DNA of 64,000 nucleotides from Corynebacterium sp. (GCA_030531005.1 JAUMTW010000004.1:170917-234916), one strand, 5' to 3'; shown: positions 32,760 to 45,195, counted from the first letter of the stretch. Translations and numbers: made by a program. Notes: generated by a model not told the origin, from the letters alone.

Positions 32760-35700
32760 ATGGCTACTGTTGAATCCCGCGAGGTTGATTTCAACGAAAT
32801 TGCGTCCCGTGCTTTGGTCACCGCCCAGAAGTGGTCGACGGATGCTAATTCCTATCCAACGAATCGTGCGGCCAAGTTGCTTGGCGAGGTGTTGGAAGAT
32901 GAGACAGGTTTGGACTTCACTGTTTCATTTGTTGATGGTGTTATTCGCCCTGAAGATATAGCAGTTGCTGCTGCTACCCTGGAGGCTGTTGGCCGTCAGA
33001 ATCCAAGGTTCCTTCCATGGTTCCTGCGTACCCCAGCCTATGTCGGTGGTGCCGCTAGCCGTTTTGCTCCTAAGATTTCTGTTCCTACCGCCCGTAAGGT
33101 ATTTGCCAAGTTGGTTGGCGACTTAGTCGTGGACGTGAGTGAGGATAAGCTTGGCCCGGCTATTGCCCGCCTCAAGTCTGAGGGTGCACGCCTGAATATG
33201 AACCTGTTGGGCGAGGCGGTTTTGGGTGACCGTGAGGCTCAGAAGCGCCTGCGTGAAACCAAAGGTTTGCTCGCGCGCGATGACGTTGACTATGTCTCCC
33301 TCAAGGTTTCTGCAGTGACCGGTCCACATAACCCTTGGGGTTATGAAGCCGTGGTTGAGCATGCAGTCAATGAACTGCTGCCTCTCTACCAGTATGCAGC
33401 CTCCCAGCCAACACCTAAGTTCATCAACTTGGACATGGAAGAATACCATGACCTCCACTTGACGGTTGATGTGTTCAAGAAGATCCTTGACCGCGATGAG
33501 CTGCTCAGCCTTGAGGCCGGTATCGTTCTCCAAACCTATCTGCCTGATACCTTGACTGTAATGCAGGATTTGCAGGAGTGGGCTGCTGCCCGTGTGGCCC
33601 GTGGCGGTGCCCCAGTCAAGGTCCGTGTCGTCAAGGGTGCAAACTTGGCAATGGAGCGTGTGGATGCTCTGATGCATGGTTGGCCACTGACCACTTGGGA
33701 TTCGAAGCAGGCTACCGATGCGAACTATATGCGTATCCTCGAGTGGTCTTTGACCCCTGAGCGTGTCAAGAATATTCGCATTGGTGTCGCTGGCCACAAC
33801 CTCTTTACTATTGCGGCTGCATGGGAGCTCGCTCAGGCTCGTGGCTGCACGGACGGTATGGAAGTTGAAATGCTTTCCGGTATGGCTACCCAGCAGGCTA
33901 GCGCAGTACGCAAGGATGTAGGTAACCTTCTTCTCTATGTTCCTGTGGTTCGCCCCGAGGAATATGATGTGGCTATTTCCTATCTGGTTCGCCGCCTCGA
34001 AGAAAATGCTGCAGATGAAAACTTCATGGCCTCTATTTTCGATATAGGCACTGAGGCTCGCAGTTTTGATAAGGAAAAGGAACGCTTCCTGAAGGCTGTT
34101 GCGCAGATGCTGGCCGAGGGTGAGAGCCGCGTTGGCCCAACCCGTACCCAGAACCGTTCCACCGAAACACGCGAAGAACTTGAGGCTGCTGTCAAGGATA
34201 CAGACGGCAACTGGGTGTTCACCAATACCCCAGACTCCGACCCTGCTCTTCCAGCTAACGTCGAGTGGGCTCGCGAAATTGCCGCGAAGGTAAATAATTC
34301 CACCGTGGGTGTGGATACTGTCGAGGCCAATACCTACGAGAGCAAAGAAGCTCTGGATCAAGTTCTGTCTGCACTCTATGAGAGCCCTTGGCATGAGAAG
34401 ACCGCCGCAGAACGTGCTGAAATTCTGCACCAGGCTGGTGTTGAGCTCGCACTTCGTCGTGCCGAGCTCATTGAGGTTGCCGGCTCCGAGCTGGGCAAGG
34501 GCCTAGATCAGACCGACGTTGAGGTTTCTGAGGCCATTGACTTTGCCCACTACTATGCACAGCAGGCACTGGAACTGGATAACCTTGATGGTGCAATCTT
34601 CACTGCTGAGAAGCTAGCTCTGATTACCCCACCATGGAACTTCCCATTGGCAATTCCTGCCGGTGGTGTTCTGGCTGCCCTTGCTGCTGGTTCTAGCGCA
34701 ATCCTGAAGCCCGCCCCTGAGTCTCGTCGATGCGGTGCAGTCATTGCTGAGGCCTTGTGGGCTGCTGGTGTACCAAAGGATGCTTTGGCTCTGGTCATCA
34801 TTGATGATGAAACGATGGGCAAGGATCTGGTAACCGATTCCCGTATTGGTCGTGTAGTTCTCACCGGTGCTTCTAGCACTGCGGAGCTCTTCCGTAGTTG
34901 GGATCCCACCACCAAGATTATGGCGGAAACCTCCGGTAAGAACTCCATCATTATCACTCCTTCTGCCGACCTTGATTTAGCTGTGAAGGATGTTGTTCAG
35001 TCTGCCTTCGGCCATGCTGGCCAGAAATGCTCTGCTTGCTCCTATGTGATTCTGGTTGGTTCCACCGGTACCTCTCGTCGTATTCACGATCAGCTGATTG
35101 ATGCAACCTCTTCCTTGACCGTTGGTTGGGCAGATAATCGCTCGGCACAGGTTGGTCCTCTCTCCCAGGTTCCTGGTGAGAAACTAGAGCGCGGCCTGAC
35201 TGTTCTGGGTGCCGGCGAGAAGTGGGAGCTCAAGCCGCAGCAGCTTGATGAGACCGGTCGTCTCTGGTCCCCAGGTATCCGTAGCGATGTCAAGCCTGGC
35301 TCTGAATACCACATGACTGAGTATTTCGGCCCTATCCTTGGCATTATCCGCGTTGATTCCCTAGAAGAAGCTATCCGTGTTCAGAACCAGACTTCCTATG
35401 GTTTGACCGCTGGTATTCACTCCCTGGATTCAAAGGAAATTAACCTCTGGCTGAGCAAGGTCCAGGCCGGCAATGTCTATGTCAACCGTGGTATCACCGG
35501 CGCGATTGTTCGCCGTCAGCCATTCGGTGGTTGGAAGCTCTCTGCCGTTGGTGAAGGCACCAAGGCCGGTGGCCCTAACTACCTACTGGGCTTCGGCCAT
35601 GCCAGTGACGATACTGCCCGCCACGGTGTAACAGTCACCAAGCCTGCCCTGCGCGATATTCTCGCCGCTGGTCGTGCGCTGCTGGATGATGAGAAGATGG

Positions 35701-36326
35701 CTAAGCTGGAGCGTGCAGTGGCTAGCGATGAGCTTGCTGCCACCAAGGAATTCGATATTCTGCATGACCCAAGCCAGGTTCTTGTAGAGCGCAACCACTT
35801 GCGCTATGTGCCAACTGATGGTGGCATCCGTATTGGTGCCGATGCTGACCCATATGAGGTACTGCGTGTTCTCTCCGCTGCTCTTGCAGTTGGTGAGATC
35901 AAGTCTGTTGCTTCCCTGGGTAAGAATGCACCAACCAGCCCAACCGGGTTCCTGCGCCGCTATGCGGGCGGCACCTTTGTGCCATTCCGCCTGACGGTCA
36001 GCACCGCAAACAAACTCCCATCTGCTCTGTCGACCATTCTCAGCCTGTATGGCGTGCGTGTTATCCACGAGTCCAAGGAAGAATTCCACCAGCGTCTCTC
36101 CAGCGCTCAGCTCAGCCTGGATGAACGTTGGCGGATGGTTGGCGAAAGCGGTGACGCACTACGTATCGCTCTTAATGGTGATATCTCGGTGGCTATCTAC
36201 GATAATGCCCCAACTGAGTCGGGCCGCGTGGAAATCCTGCCATTCGTACATGAGCAGGCGATCTCCATTACCAACCACCGTTTTGGTAACCGCAGCCCCC
36301 TGACAAAGCTGATCCTGGCAGACTAA
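32760..36326 (+). CDS. putA: Bifunctional proline dehydrogenase / 1-pyrroline-5-carboxylate dehydrogenase PutA (no DNA-binding domain)
   Basis: 1188 aa: an N-terminal PRODH (beta/alpha)8 barrel and a C-terminal ALDH domain with catalytic Cys (GQKCSACS) and FGPIL motifs. Confidence 0.9.
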   Translation: MATVESREVDFNEIASRALVTAQKWSTDANSYPTNRAAKLLGEVLEDETGLDFTVSFVDGVIRPEDIAVAAATLEAVGRQNPRFLPWFLRTPAYVGGAASRFAPKISVPTARKVFAKLVGDLVVDVSEDKLGPAIARLKSEGARLNMNLLGEAVLGDREAQKRLRETKGLLARDDVDYVSLKVSAVTGPHNPWGYEAVVEHAVNELLPLYQYAASQPTPKFINLDMEEYHDLHLTVDVFKKILDRDELLSLEAGIVLQTYLPDTLTVMQDLQEWAAARVARGGAPVKVRVVKGANLAMERVDALMHGWPLTTWDSKQATDANYMRILEWSLTPERVKNIRIGVAGHNLFTIAAAWELAQARGCTDGMEVEMLSGMATQQASAVRKDVGNLLLYVPVVRPEEYDVAISYLVRRLEENAADENFMASIFDIGTEARSFDKEKERFLKAVAQMLAEGESRVGPTRTQNRSTETREELEAAVKDTDGNWVFTNTPDSDPALPANVEWAREIAAKVNNSTVGVDTVEANTYESKEALDQVLSALYESPWHEKTAAERAEILHQAGVELALRRAELIEVAGSELGKGLDQTDVEVSEAIDFAHYYAQQALELDNLDGAIFTAEKLALITPPWNFPLAIPAGGVLAALAAGSSAILKPAPESRRCGAVIAEALWAAGVPKDALALVIIDDETMGKDLVTDSRIGRVVLTGASSTAELFRSWDPTTKIMAETSGKNSIIITPSADLDLAVKDVVQSAFGHAGQKCSACSYVILVGSTGTSRRIHDQLIDATSSLTVGWADNRSAQVGPLSQVPGEKLERGLTVLGAGEKWELKPQQLDETGRLWSPGIRSDVKPGSEYHMTEYFGPILGIIRVDSLEEAIRVQNQTSYGLTAGIHSLDSKEINLWLSKVQAGNVYVNRGITGAIVRRQPFGGWKLSAVGEGTKAGGPNYLLGFGHASDDTARHGVTVTKPALRDILAAGRALLDDEKMAKLERAVASDELAATKEFDILHDPSQVLVERNHLRYVPTDGGIRIGADADPYEVLRVLSAALAVGEIKSVASLGKNAPTSPTGFLRRYAGGTFVPFRLTVSTANKLPSALSTILSLYGVRVIHESKEEFHQRLSSAQLSLDERWRMVGESGDALRIALNGDISVAIYDNAPTESGRVEILPFVHEQAISITNHRFGNRSPLTKLILAD

Positions 36327-37334
36327 TCTCTGCTCGAGTCCGGCAAAAGAAATTCCGCTTTCCAGAACATCTAAACTGAACCCCCAAAGGCTAGGTACGG
36401 TTCATCAAAAATGGCTAGGCGGTGAGGGGTCTGGTTCCGATATTCTATCGGGGCCAGGCCCTGTCAAGCTATGTGAGCCAGCTCAGTCCTGACCGAAGTT
36501 TTTGGCATTGGACGCTTTCATCCATGTGAACAATAAGTCTTGGCCCCGGTTTGTGCTCGTTAGGCGCTTTCATGACAGGTTCAACAGCAAATGCCCCGGT
36601 TGCGTTACTAGCAAGCGAATGACCAACGATCAAGTATTCATATAGGTTTTACATCGCTGCTGCAAAACATGGTCACATCACTTACCCATGCCTTGGTGCG
36701 TCTTGCGTGAAGTTTTCGGTTGAGAATCGTAGCCACTATACGGCGCGCATTTCCTGTATGAGAGTAGCACTTACTATGTTTTCAACCTTGAGCCTGCAGT
36801 TGCTCTGCACGCAGGTTGTAAGCACTCACTTATCATGCACTGCCATACCTTCACGGCACCACATGCAGGTAATGCGCAATAGCCATAATTGTGTCGTGGC
36901 TCGCAGTAAATACGAGCAATCAGCTCCCTAAGACCAGCAATTCCGCGTGTCTTCTCAAACGGTGCTGCCGCATTAGGTCCCTCAACTTTTTTCAAGATAA
37001 ACCACCGCGGCTTCCAGCATCGTCATATGTTTATGTGCCTACTCAAGGCCGGTTTTTGGAAACCGAAATCTTCGCACCCCGTAAGATGTCCTTTTCCTTA
37101 GGCTTGAGACTTTCCGCACCTCACGATGAAGCTTGCGTGCGCAGGCACTAATCAGCTGATCGCGGCTAAACTCCTACTGAGTAATCCTATTCAGTGGCAA
37201 GTACTTGTGCGCTCGCGGCCTGATCAAAGCGCGCAACAACATCAAACTTCTACTTGAAGGAATAAAAAGTCTTCGTAGGCTTGATCATCAGCCACATACT
37301 GCTATGAACTTAACCCACACAGTATGTTGAGCAC

Positions 37335-38336
37335 TTATTTACCCTTTTCATGTTCTAGTGCCGCATTAGTCTTGGCAATCCCCAATTCCTCAGCCCGGCG
37401 ATCTGCTAATCCCAGCAAGCGACGGATTCTGCCGGCAACCGCATCCTTGGTTACGGGTGGATCAGCCAACCGACCCAAGGCCTCAAGGCTGGCATCTTGG
37501 TGTTGCAAGCGCAAAAGTCCCGCTTGGAGTAATTGTTCTGGGATTTCATCGCCCAGAATTTCCATGGCTCGCCCAATACGGGCAGCACTATCTGCCGCAG
37601 CCCGCGCAGAGCGGCGTTGATTAGCATCATCGAAATTCGCCAGCCGCTGGCCCACATTGATCGGTTGGGCTTGCTCGGCCTGCAGATCCCATTTCGCACG
37701 CGCGTAATGCGCCCCGATACGCGATAGCAAGGCGCCAACATTGTCTGCCTCACGAACGACTACTTTTTCACGCCCCCGGGAATCTTTGCGCTTAGCACTG
37801 ACCCCAAGCTGGCGGGCACAGCCAGTAAAAGCCAAGGAAACTATGCTATTTGGGCATTCGATTTCCAAACTGGCGGTACGCCCTGGAGCAGCAACGGACC
37901 CTGACACTAAGAAAGCCCCGCGCCATGCCGCAGCATGGTCACTTTCACGACCATTCACCACGCGCTGCGGCATACCTTCGGTGGCATAGCCGCTCGAGGT
38001 GAGCAACCCAAGTTTGCGCAGCATATCTTTGACTTCACGATGCATACTGACTTGGAATCTCGGATTCTTACGCATCTCTTGCACACTAGGATCGGCAATT
38101 TCCATAGGTATATGGAAGGCGGACTGTACTAAAGACTGCAGACGTTGAGCGACAACAAAGTCATCAAAGGTGGCCTGTAACGATAGCTGCCCTGGACGAG
38201 CCTCCGAGTATTCGGCGCCAAGACGTAACAGCGCAGCAATTTCTGAATAGGCAGCGGCAATATTTGGTGGTTGCACGCCAACGAGCTCCTGTTTGATCTC
38301 CGCGCTCAAATCCCCACTGCTTCGCTCTACAGACAT
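37335..38336 (-). CDS. whiA: WhiA, sporulation/cell-division transcription factor (degenerate LAGLIDADG domains plus a C-terminal HTH)
   Basis: 333 aa. Conserved yvcK-rapZ-uvrC neighbourhood on the same strand. Confidence 0.85.
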   Translation of the reverse strand: MSVERSSGDLSAEIKQELVGVQPPNIAAAYSEIAALLRLGAEYSEARPGQLSLQATFDDFVVAQRLQSLVQSAFHIPMEIADPSVQEMRKNPRFQVSMHREVKDMLRKLGLLTSSGYATEGMPQRVVNGRESDHAAAWRGAFLVSGSVAAPGRTASLEIECPNSIVSLAFTGCARQLGVSAKRKDSRGREKVVVREADNVGALLSRIGAHYARAKWDLQAEQAQPINVGQRLANFDDANQRRSARAAADSAARIGRAMEILGDEIPEQLLQAGLLRLQHQDASLEALGRLADPPVTKDAVAGRIRRLLGLADRRAEELGIAKTNAALEHEKGK

Positions 38337-38489
38337 ACTCGCTACTTTCCCACTTCAAGCTTATTCACATTGCCCACGATTCACCGCCAGATGTGCGCAT
38401 ATAGCTTACGAACCGGGGCCCAAGGTTCTAGGCTGTTACTCTAGCCGAAAATCACGCTCAGCACCCAGCTCAGTCCTGCCCACCATCTC

Positions 38490-39482
38490 TTAGCTGCGGC
38501 TATGTTGTGCAATCACCATATCCAAGGCAGCTGCCAGCTTTCTTGGATCATGGCGTTCGAGATAGCGGCCTTGTTCGTCTTCTTCTCGCAATTGGGCATA
38601 CTCGACCTCCGCCCCTAACAAAGCTGCAGTGCGCTCTAGGTGCATGCGATCACCTTGCTGAGGCAGCAAGTCATCATCAACGAGCACCACATCTGCACGT
38701 AAATCTTGCGCATGTTGCATCACGATATGTAAATGGCGCTCAGCACTAAATCCTGCAGTCTCTCCTGGCTCGGGATTAAGATTCAATACAACCACACGCA
38801 AGGCCTGGGTGCTGGCAATAGCTTGAGAGATTTCAGGGACAAGCACATGCGGGATCACACTCGAGAACCAGGAACCTGGACCCAAGGTCACCACATCAGC
38901 ATTGTGGATCGCCGCTACTGCGGCAGCACTCGCTACTGGTTTTTCGGGAATCAAACGCACCCGGCGCACTGTCCCTAAGGTGGAAGCCACCGCAACTTGC
39001 CCGCGCACCTCGCGCATTACGCGGGGGTCGTCATCAAGGCCAGAGACTTCTGCGGCGATTTCCAACGGCTCATCGCACATAGGCAATACGCGGCCTTCAG
39101 CCCGGATCATACGCTGGACTGCATCAAGTGCCGCAGATTCCTCACCTAAGACGTCAACTAAACCTGCTAACAACAAGTTGCCGACGGCATGCCCGGCCAA
39201 TGCACCATGACCGCCAAAACGATGCTGCAATACGGTCTCCCACATCAGCCCCTCCTCATCAAAAGGTGCAAGAGCGGACAGCGCCATGCGTAGATCGCCT
39301 GGGGGAATTTGGCTAAGTTCGCGGCGGATACGTCCAGAGGACCCGCCATCATCTGCCACGGTAACTATCGCGTGAATACTCTCGGGCTTGAGTAAACGAA
39401 CCGCACGCAGAGTTTGGAAGAGTCCATGACCGCCACCTAGCGATACGATCTTGCCGGGATTATTTGGAGCTTTGTCGCTCAC
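38490..39482 (-). CDS. yvcK: YvcK-like gluconeogenesis factor / CofD-family (UPF0052) protein
   Basis: IVSLGGGHG near the N-terminus. Located between whiA and rapZ. Confidence 0.8.
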   Translation of the reverse strand: MSDKAPNNPGKIVSLGGGHGLFQTLRAVRLLKPESIHAIVTVADDGGSSGRIRRELSQIPPGDLRMALSALAPFDEEGLMWETVLQHRFGGHGALAGHAVGNLLLAGLVDVLGEESAALDAVQRMIRAEGRVLPMCDEPLEIAAEVSGLDDDPRVMREVRGQVAVASTLGTVRRVRLIPEKPVASAAAVAAIHNADVVTLGPGSWFSSVIPHVLVPEISQAIASTQALRVVVLNLNPEPGETAGFSAERHLHIVMQHAQDLRADVVLVDDDLLPQQGDRMHLERTAALLGAEVEYAQLREEDEQGRYLERHDPRKLAAALDMVIAQHSRS

Positions 39483-39793
39483 ACTTCACCTTCTCTTACT
39501 TGCAATGATTGAAAACAGACCAGCCACAAGTGTTGCGGGAGGTCTGCCAACCCTCTCTAGGGTGTACCGGATCCGGCATGCACTAGATCCAGAGTGCGCT
39601 GAATCAGGGCTGGGTCTCTCAACGATGTAGCGAAAAATGATCACTGAAAAATGATCACTAAGGCATGAGACGCAAATACTTACGCACGGCTTCGCGAAGA
39701 CTATACGAAAACTACGCGAAAACCACGCAGTAGCCTCACAATAGTCGCAATACTCGCACGGTGCGCTTTACCGTGCCTTACCGCCTCTCTCTG

Positions 39794-40693
39794 CTAATTG
39801 GTAGCAATATCACGATGGGAAACGCTGACTGCCAGATCATCCCATTCGGATAATCGGCGCCCGATTTCCGTAGCAATGGCCACCGACCGGTGATGCCCAC
39901 CAGTGCAACCAATGGAAACCGTGATGAATTTCTTTCCCTCGTGTTGGAAACCGGGACGCATGACTGCGAACATGGCAAGAAAACTTTCAATGAATTCTTC
40001 GGCTGGCTCTTGGCTGAGCACATAATGCGCCACTGGCTTATCAGTGCCGCGGAATGGGCGCAACTCTGGAACCCAGAATGGATTTGGCAAAAAGCGCACA
40101 TCGAACATGAAGTCGGTATCGCGCGGGGCGCCATTCTTAAAACCAAAGGACTGCACGGTCACATGCTCTAAGTTCTGGGCGATGCTTGAGAACTTTGGTT
40201 CAATCACACGGCGCAAGTCATGGATCGATAAGTCTGAAGTATCAATGATGAGGTCTGCGGCTTCGCGGATGCCAGACATAATCTCGCGCTCGCGTTCAAT
40301 GCCGACTAATAAAGTGCCATCGCCTTGGAGAGGATGAGTGCGACGGAGATTATCGAAGCGCTTAATAAGCACATCATCGCGGGCATCCATGAACATCACC
40401 AACGGTTGCAGGCCGGCTTCACCCAAGCGATCGATGACGTGTTCGAGTGCCCCATTGATTTCTAGGGAGCGCACATCGCAGACCACGGCTACTTTATCCA
40501 AGGGCGTCAGTGGATCAGCCACCATCTCTAGGAGTTGATCGATCATAGTCGAAGGGATGTTCTGGGACACGAACCAACCCATATCCTCGAGCACCCGCGC
40601 GGCAGAACTTAAACCTGCACCCGACAAGCCTGTAATGATGACCGGAGGGATTTCCGTGCGGGGACTCACATCTACATTCGCGCTCATACTCAT
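39794..40693 (-). CDS. rapZ: RapZ / YvcJ nucleotide-binding (RNase adapter) protein
   Basis: Walker A motif GLSGAG.S; C-terminal motif CTGGHHRSV. Confidence 0.85.
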   Translation of the reverse strand: MSMSANVDVSPRTEIPPVIITGLSGAGLSSAARVLEDMGWFVSQNIPSTMIDQLLEMVADPLTPLDKVAVVCDVRSLEINGALEHVIDRLGEAGLQPLVMFMDARDDVLIKRFDNLRRTHPLQGDGTLLVGIEREREIMSGIREAADLIIDTSDLSIHDLRRVIEPKFSSIAQNLEHVTVQSFGFKNGAPRDTDFMFDVRFLPNPFWVPELRPFRGTDKPVAHYVLSQEPAEEFIESFLAMFAVMRPGFQHEGKKFITVSIGCTGGHHRSVAIATEIGRRLSEWDDLAVSVSHRDIATN

Positions 40694-40704
40694 AGACCCT
40701 TATC

Positions 40705-42711
40705 TTACTCGCCTTGACGATGCAGGGCATCGTAAATGCTCTGCGCTCGCTTTGGCCCAAAGCCTTGAACTTGGGCAATTTGTTCCACGCTCGCTTCTTT
40801 GAGCTTCTTCAAAGAACCGAAGTGGCGCACCAAAGCTTGCCGGCGTGCAGGACCAAGCCCTGGAATCTCATCAAGCTGTGAGCGCTGCATCCGCTTATTA
40901 CGCTTCGAACGGTGATAGGTAATCGCACTTCGGTGTGCCTCATCCCGGATCTGCTGAATCAGATACATCGCCTGGGAATTACGCGGCAAGATAACCGGGT
41001 CTGGATCATCTGGTATCCACAATTCCTCTAAGCGTTTGGCAATGCCAACCAAGGTGACATCACTAATGCCTAAAGAATCGAAAACAGCTTGTGCAGCAGC
41101 AACTTGAGGTGCACCACCATCGACGATAAACAACTGTGGTGGGTAAGCAAAGCGCTGGGCAGCTTCCTGGGCGCGGACATCATCGGCAAAGGCTGTTTCT
41201 TCAGTCTCCGGCATTCCTCGCTTATCTTCGCGGTAGCGCAGGAAGCGACGGCGTACGACCTCGGCAATGCTGGCCACATCATTACCGGGGTCATCGTGAA
41301 TTTCATAGCGGCGATAATCGCTCTTCTTTGGCAGGCCATCCTCAAAGACCACTAATGATGCCACCACATCAGTACCCTGGATATGAGAAATATCCGTACA
41401 TTCAATGCGCAAAGGTGCGGTATCCATAAATAAGGCGTCTTGGAGTTCTTGCAGTGCAGCAGCCCGCGTGGTCATATCACCCACCCGCTTGAGCTTATGC
41501 TGACGCAACGACTCAGTGGCGTTCTCTGCTACGGTCTCTAAAAGCTGGCGTTTTTCCCCTCGCTGTGGGTGCACAATGCTCACCGGGCCATGGCGAAGCT
41601 TCGCTAACACTGGGACCAGTTCAGTTGTGTCGAGTTCTATGTTGGTATAGATCTGGCGAGGAATGGCCTTCGTACTGCTTGCCTCGGTCTTACCAGTGCG
41701 TACCTGGGTGGCGGGACCATCGTTTTGCGCTCGGGTTTCTTTGAGTGCAGTTGCGCGCTCAAACTCGACGGCATCATCATAGAATTGCACCATGAATCCT
41801 TGAAGCAGTTCCTGGAGTTCTTCTGGGGTATCCGCACTGCGTTCTACAACCCAACCGCGTTGCCCCATCACCCGGCCTGCTCGAATATGGAAAACCTCGA
41901 TGGCCGCTTCGAGTTCATCAGCAATAACTGCGATCATATCTACATCGGTACCATCTCCAAGCACAACGGCCTGGCGCTGCGCGATCAATTCTACGGCAGC
42001 AATATCGTCTCGCAAACGCGCAGCTTGTTCGAAGTCGAGTTCTTCAGCAGCTGCCTCCATATCGTGGCGCATCTGTTTGATAACCGGATCGGTTTTACCG
42101 CCGAGACACTGACAGAGGTCATTAACAATCTGCCGGTATTCTTTTTCATCTACCCGGCCCACACAGGGTGCTGCGCACTTATCAATATGGCCAAGCAGAC
42201 AAGGTCGCCCCAAAGCTTCATGACGATGGAAAACTCCCTGCGTACAGGTACGTACTGGGAAAACCCGAGTGAGTGCATTCAGTGTCTCGCGTACAGCCCA
42301 GGCGTGGGAATACGGACCAAAATAGCGCACACCTTTACGCTGTTTGCCCCGGTAAAAAAAGGCACGCGGAAAACGCTCACCGGTAGAGACTGCTAAGACT
42401 GGGTAGGACTTGTCATCCCGGTACTTCACATTGAAGTAGGGATCATATTTCTTAATCCAGGTGTATTCCAGCTGGAGGGCTTCGACATCGTTAGCCACCA
42501 CGGTCCACTCCACACCTGCCGCAGTGGTGACCATCTGCCGGGTGCGCGGATGCAATTGGGGCAAGTCCTGGAAGTAATTACTCAGGCGATTGCGCAGGTT
42601 CTTGGCTTTACCTACGTAGATAACGCGCCCATCAGGGTCACTAAAACGATAAACACCCGGCTGCGTGGGGATGGTTCCGGGCGCCGGGCGATACGTACTT
42701 GGATTGGCCAT
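40705..42711 (-). CDS. uvrC: Excinuclease ABC subunit C
   Basis: N-terminal GIY-YIG motif (GVYRF...[19 protein letters not shown]), a UvrBC-binding domain, and a C-terminal RNase H / HhH region. Confidence 0.95.
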   Translation of the reverse strand: MANPSTYRPAPGTIPTQPGVYRFSDPDGRVIYVGKAKNLRNRLSNYFQDLPQLHPRTRQMVTTAAGVEWTVVANDVEALQLEYTWIKKYDPYFNVKYRDDKSYPVLAVSTGERFPRAFFYRGKQRKGVRYFGPYSHAWAVRETLNALTRVFPVRTCTQGVFHRHEALGRPCLLGHIDKCAAPCVGRVDEKEYRQIVNDLCQCLGGKTDPVIKQMRHDMEAAAEELDFEQAARLRDDIAAVELIAQRQAVVLGDGTDVDMIAVIADELEAAIEVFHIRAGRVMGQRGWVVERSADTPEELQELLQGFMVQFYDDAVEFERATALKETRAQNDGPATQVRTGKTEASSTKAIPRQIYTNIELDTTELVPVLAKLRHGPVSIVHPQRGEKRQLLETVAENATESLRQHKLKRVGDMTTRAAALQELQDALFMDTAPLRIECTDISHIQGTDVVASLVVFEDGLPKKSDYRRYEIHDDPGNDVASIAEVVRRRFLRYREDKRGMPETEETAFADDVRAQEAAQRFAYPPQLFIVDGGAPQVAAAQAVFDSLGISDVTLVGIAKRLEELWIPDDPDPVILPRNSQAMYLIQQIRDEAHRSAITYHRSKRNKRMQRSQLDEIPGLGPARRQALVRHFGSLKKLKEASVEQIAQVQGFGPKRAQSIYDALHRQGE

Positions 42712-42714
42712 AAC

Positions 42715-43278
42715 CTACTCTTTGGGCATGTATTTGGCTTCGAGCTCACGCAGCTTTGCCACTGCCTTGGCGCATTCCGCGCCGTCAGCCTGTTGCAAGG
42801 CCCACAGCTGCACATATTCGAAGTCGGGAAGCTCTAAGCGAGCAATGCGGGCTTCCTGCGGGAAGTTCAAGCCATAGATCACGACCCAGGGATAGAACTT
42901 GGTGCCGATGAAGTTACGAACCTCTACCCCATCTTTGTTGGCACGAATGCGAGGGCGCCACAAAGCTGCGAACGCCGCACCAGCGAAAATCAGACCAGCC
43001 AAGAAATAACCCCACTGATCAATAGCCGTTACGGCAGTGCCAGTATCACCAATGGCAACCAAAATGGCGAGGAAGATGTGGATAACGACGATAACGACTG
43101 CGGCCACAATTGCCCACAGACGCATGCGTCGGGACGTTACTTCTAAGTCCCAGGGCGCATCAGTAGTCAGCGGCGCCTGCATCGCAGTATAGCGCTGGAT
43201 TTCTACATCAGTTGCCGGGATGCCGGTGTTGCTGGTTTCGCTCACAACTCCTCTTTCTACCTCAATACTCCCCAACAC
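42715..43278 (-). CDS. Bacterial PH-domain membrane protein (Rv1417-like). Start uncertain; may begin at the internal MQAPL.
   Basis: Two TM helices followed by a PH-like domain. Located between ribH and uvrC, as Rv1417 is. Confidence 0.5.
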   Translation of the reverse strand: MLGSIEVERGVVSETSNTGIPATDVEIQRYTAMQAPLTTDAPWDLEVTSRRMRLWAIVAAVVIVVIHIFLAILVAIGDTGTAVTAIDQWGYFLAGLIFAGAAFAALWRPRIRANKDGVEVRNFIGTKFYPWVVIYGLNFPQEARIARLELPDFEYVQLWALQQADGAECAKAVAKLRELEAKYMPKE

Positions 43279-43357
43279 TGCTAGTTAGGACACATTCGGT
43301 GCCGAGAGTTTCTCGCTGATGATGCCACACGCTGCTGGAGACGTTAGTACTGCAAGT

Positions 43358-43825
43358 CTAGCGCAAACGCTTTAAGGTTACAGCAGTATGCAAAGCAGCG
43401 ATCATAGCTTCTGCTCCCTTATCTTCGACTGACTCAGCGAAGCCGGCGCGGTCATAGGCCTGTTGCTCATCGTTGGTGGTGAGCACGCCGTTAGCAATTG
43501 GAGTGGATTCATCCAAAGCAATACGGGTAACACCTGCGGTGACCGACTCGCAGACGTATTCAAAATGTGGGGTGCCACCGCGCACAACACAACCAAGGAC
43601 CACCACGGCGTCACACTTACGTGCCAAGGCTTGTGCGACCACTGGCAATTCAAGTGCACCGGGCACTCGGGCTTCGGTGACTTTCGCACCACAAATGCGT
43701 GCGGTTTCTAAGGCACGGGTGTGTAACTGTTCGCAGATCTGCTCATTCCACATGGAGGTCACCACGCCGACAGTAATACCGGCAGCATCAACCGTCTCGA
43801 TGTTCGGCAGTCCATCTTTAGCCAT
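43358..43825 (-). CDS. ribH: 6,7-dimethyl-8-ribityllumazine synthase
   Basis: Start reset to MAKDG (ATG 43823..43825), preceded by a purine-rich SD sequence. Confidence 0.9.
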   Translation of the reverse strand: MAKDGLPNIETVDAAGITVGVVTSMWNEQICEQLHTRALETARICGAKVTEARVPGALELPVVAQALARKCDAVVVLGCVVRGGTPHFEYVCESVTAGVTRIALDESTPIANGVLTTNDEQQAYDRAGFAESVEDKGAEAMIAALHTAVTLKRLR

Positions 43826-43902
43826 CTTCTTCTCTTTTCTCTTGGTAGCGGCGGCTTGATTCATTATTCCAGGATGCGGCATTCCAGGGTGCGGCGTGCA
43901 GC

Positions 43903-45195
43903 CTAAGATTCGTGTACTGCTGCTTTATCGGTTGGTTCTTGCTCATCGAGCCATGGCAATAGATGCCCCATGCGATCGCGTTTGGTGCGCAGGTAGCGCA
44001 TATTTTCAGCATAAACTTCCGTAGGCAGCGCAATGGTCTCGATGACTTGCACCTCAAATCGCTCGAGCTGGGTAACCTTCGCCGGATTATTGGTAAGCAA
44101 ACGCACCAAGTTCAGGCCTAGATCGTGCAAGATTGCAGCAGCTACGTGGTAATCACGGGCATCTTCTGGCAAGCCGAGCTGCACATTGGCATCAACAGTA
44201 TCAGCACCTTCGTCTTGGAGCTGGTAGGCCTGCAACTTTGGTAGCAACCCAATACCGCGGCCCTCATGACCTCGCATATAAACCACCACACCATGACCTT
44301 CGGCTTGAATGCGCTGCATGGCCAGGTGTAGTTGGGGTCCGCAGTCACAACGGCGCGACCCAAAAACATCACCGGTCAAGCACTCAGAGTGGATACGCAC
44401 TAAGGCCGCATCGGTGGATGCAGGGTCCCCTTTAACTAAAGCAACATGCTCCTGGCCAGTGAGACTTTCCCGGTAACCAATCGCTTGGAAGTCACCAAAC
44501 TCGGTGGGCAACTTGGTTGCAACCACACTCTCAACTCCGGCATCATGGATCTGACGCCACTGCACGAGGTCTGCAATGCTCATCAAAGGCAGGTCATGTG
44601 TCTGTGCAAAACGAGCCAGTTCTGGCAGGCGTGCCATGCCGGTGGGCTCTTCTTCACTCACGATCTCGCAGAGCGCTCCAGCAACTGGGAATCCGGCTAG
44701 GCGTGAAAGATCAGCTGCGGCCTCTGTATGCCCGGGGCGCTCTAAGACGCCCCCGGCCTTGGCACGCAAGGGAACTACATGGCCTGGGCGCGTAAACTCC
44801 TGGGGGCGAGTTTGAGGATTGGCTAGCTGCTGTAAAGTGAGTGCCCGGTCAGCAGCTGAGATACCAGTGGTGGTGCCAACTGCATCCACGGTGACTGCGT
44901 ATGCAGTTTGGCGCACATCCTCATTGTGTGTGGTCATCGGCGGCAAATGCAGACGTTCACAGGCATCGGACTCTAAGGCGACGCAAATATAGCCGGAAGA
45001 ATAGCGCACCATAAAGGCCACAAGTTCTGGGGTCGCAGCAGCTGCCGGAAAGATAAGATCGCCTTCATTTTCGCGATCTGCAGCATCGACGACAACCACT
45101 GGCTTGCCAGCTTGTAAGGCAGCGATGGCTGCGGGGATGGTATCGAAATGAATTGCAGACTCAGCTGCGGCGGAATTGTCCATAAGATCTTTCAA
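43903..45195 (-). CDS. ribBA: Bifunctional 3,4-dihydroxy-2-butanone-4-phosphate synthase / GTP cyclohydrolase II
   Basis: RENEGDL motif of DHBP synthase and the Cys-x2-Cys...Cys zinc motif ([15 protein letters not shown]) of GCH II. Confidence 0.9.
   Translation of the reverse strand: MKDLMDNSAAAESAIHFDTIPAAIAALQAGKPVVVVDAADRENEGDLIFPAAAATPELVAFMVRYSSGYICVALESDACERLHLPPMTTHNEDVRQTAYAVTVDAVGTTTGISAADRALTLQQLANPQTRPQEFTRPGHVVPLRAKAGGVLERPGHTEAAADLSRLAGFPVAGALCEIVSEEEPTGMARLPELARFAQTHDLPLMSIADLVQWRQIHDAGVESVVATKLPTEFGDFQAIGYRESLTGQEHVALVKGDPASTDAALVRIHSECLTGDVFGSRRCDCGPQLHLAMQRIQAEGHGVVVYMRGHEGRGIGLLPKLQAYQLQDEGADTVDANVQLGLPEDARDYHVAAAILHDLGLNLVRLLTNNPAKVTQLERFEVQVIETIALPTEVYAENMRYLRTKRDRMGHLLPWLDEQEPTDKAAVHES

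Noticed and set aside
36478-36491. 14-nt repeat CCAGCTCAGTCCTG, also present at 38464..38477 and flanking whiA
   Set aside because: An exact 14-mer match is expected by chance several times in a 64-kb high-GC window. There is no extended similarity around it.
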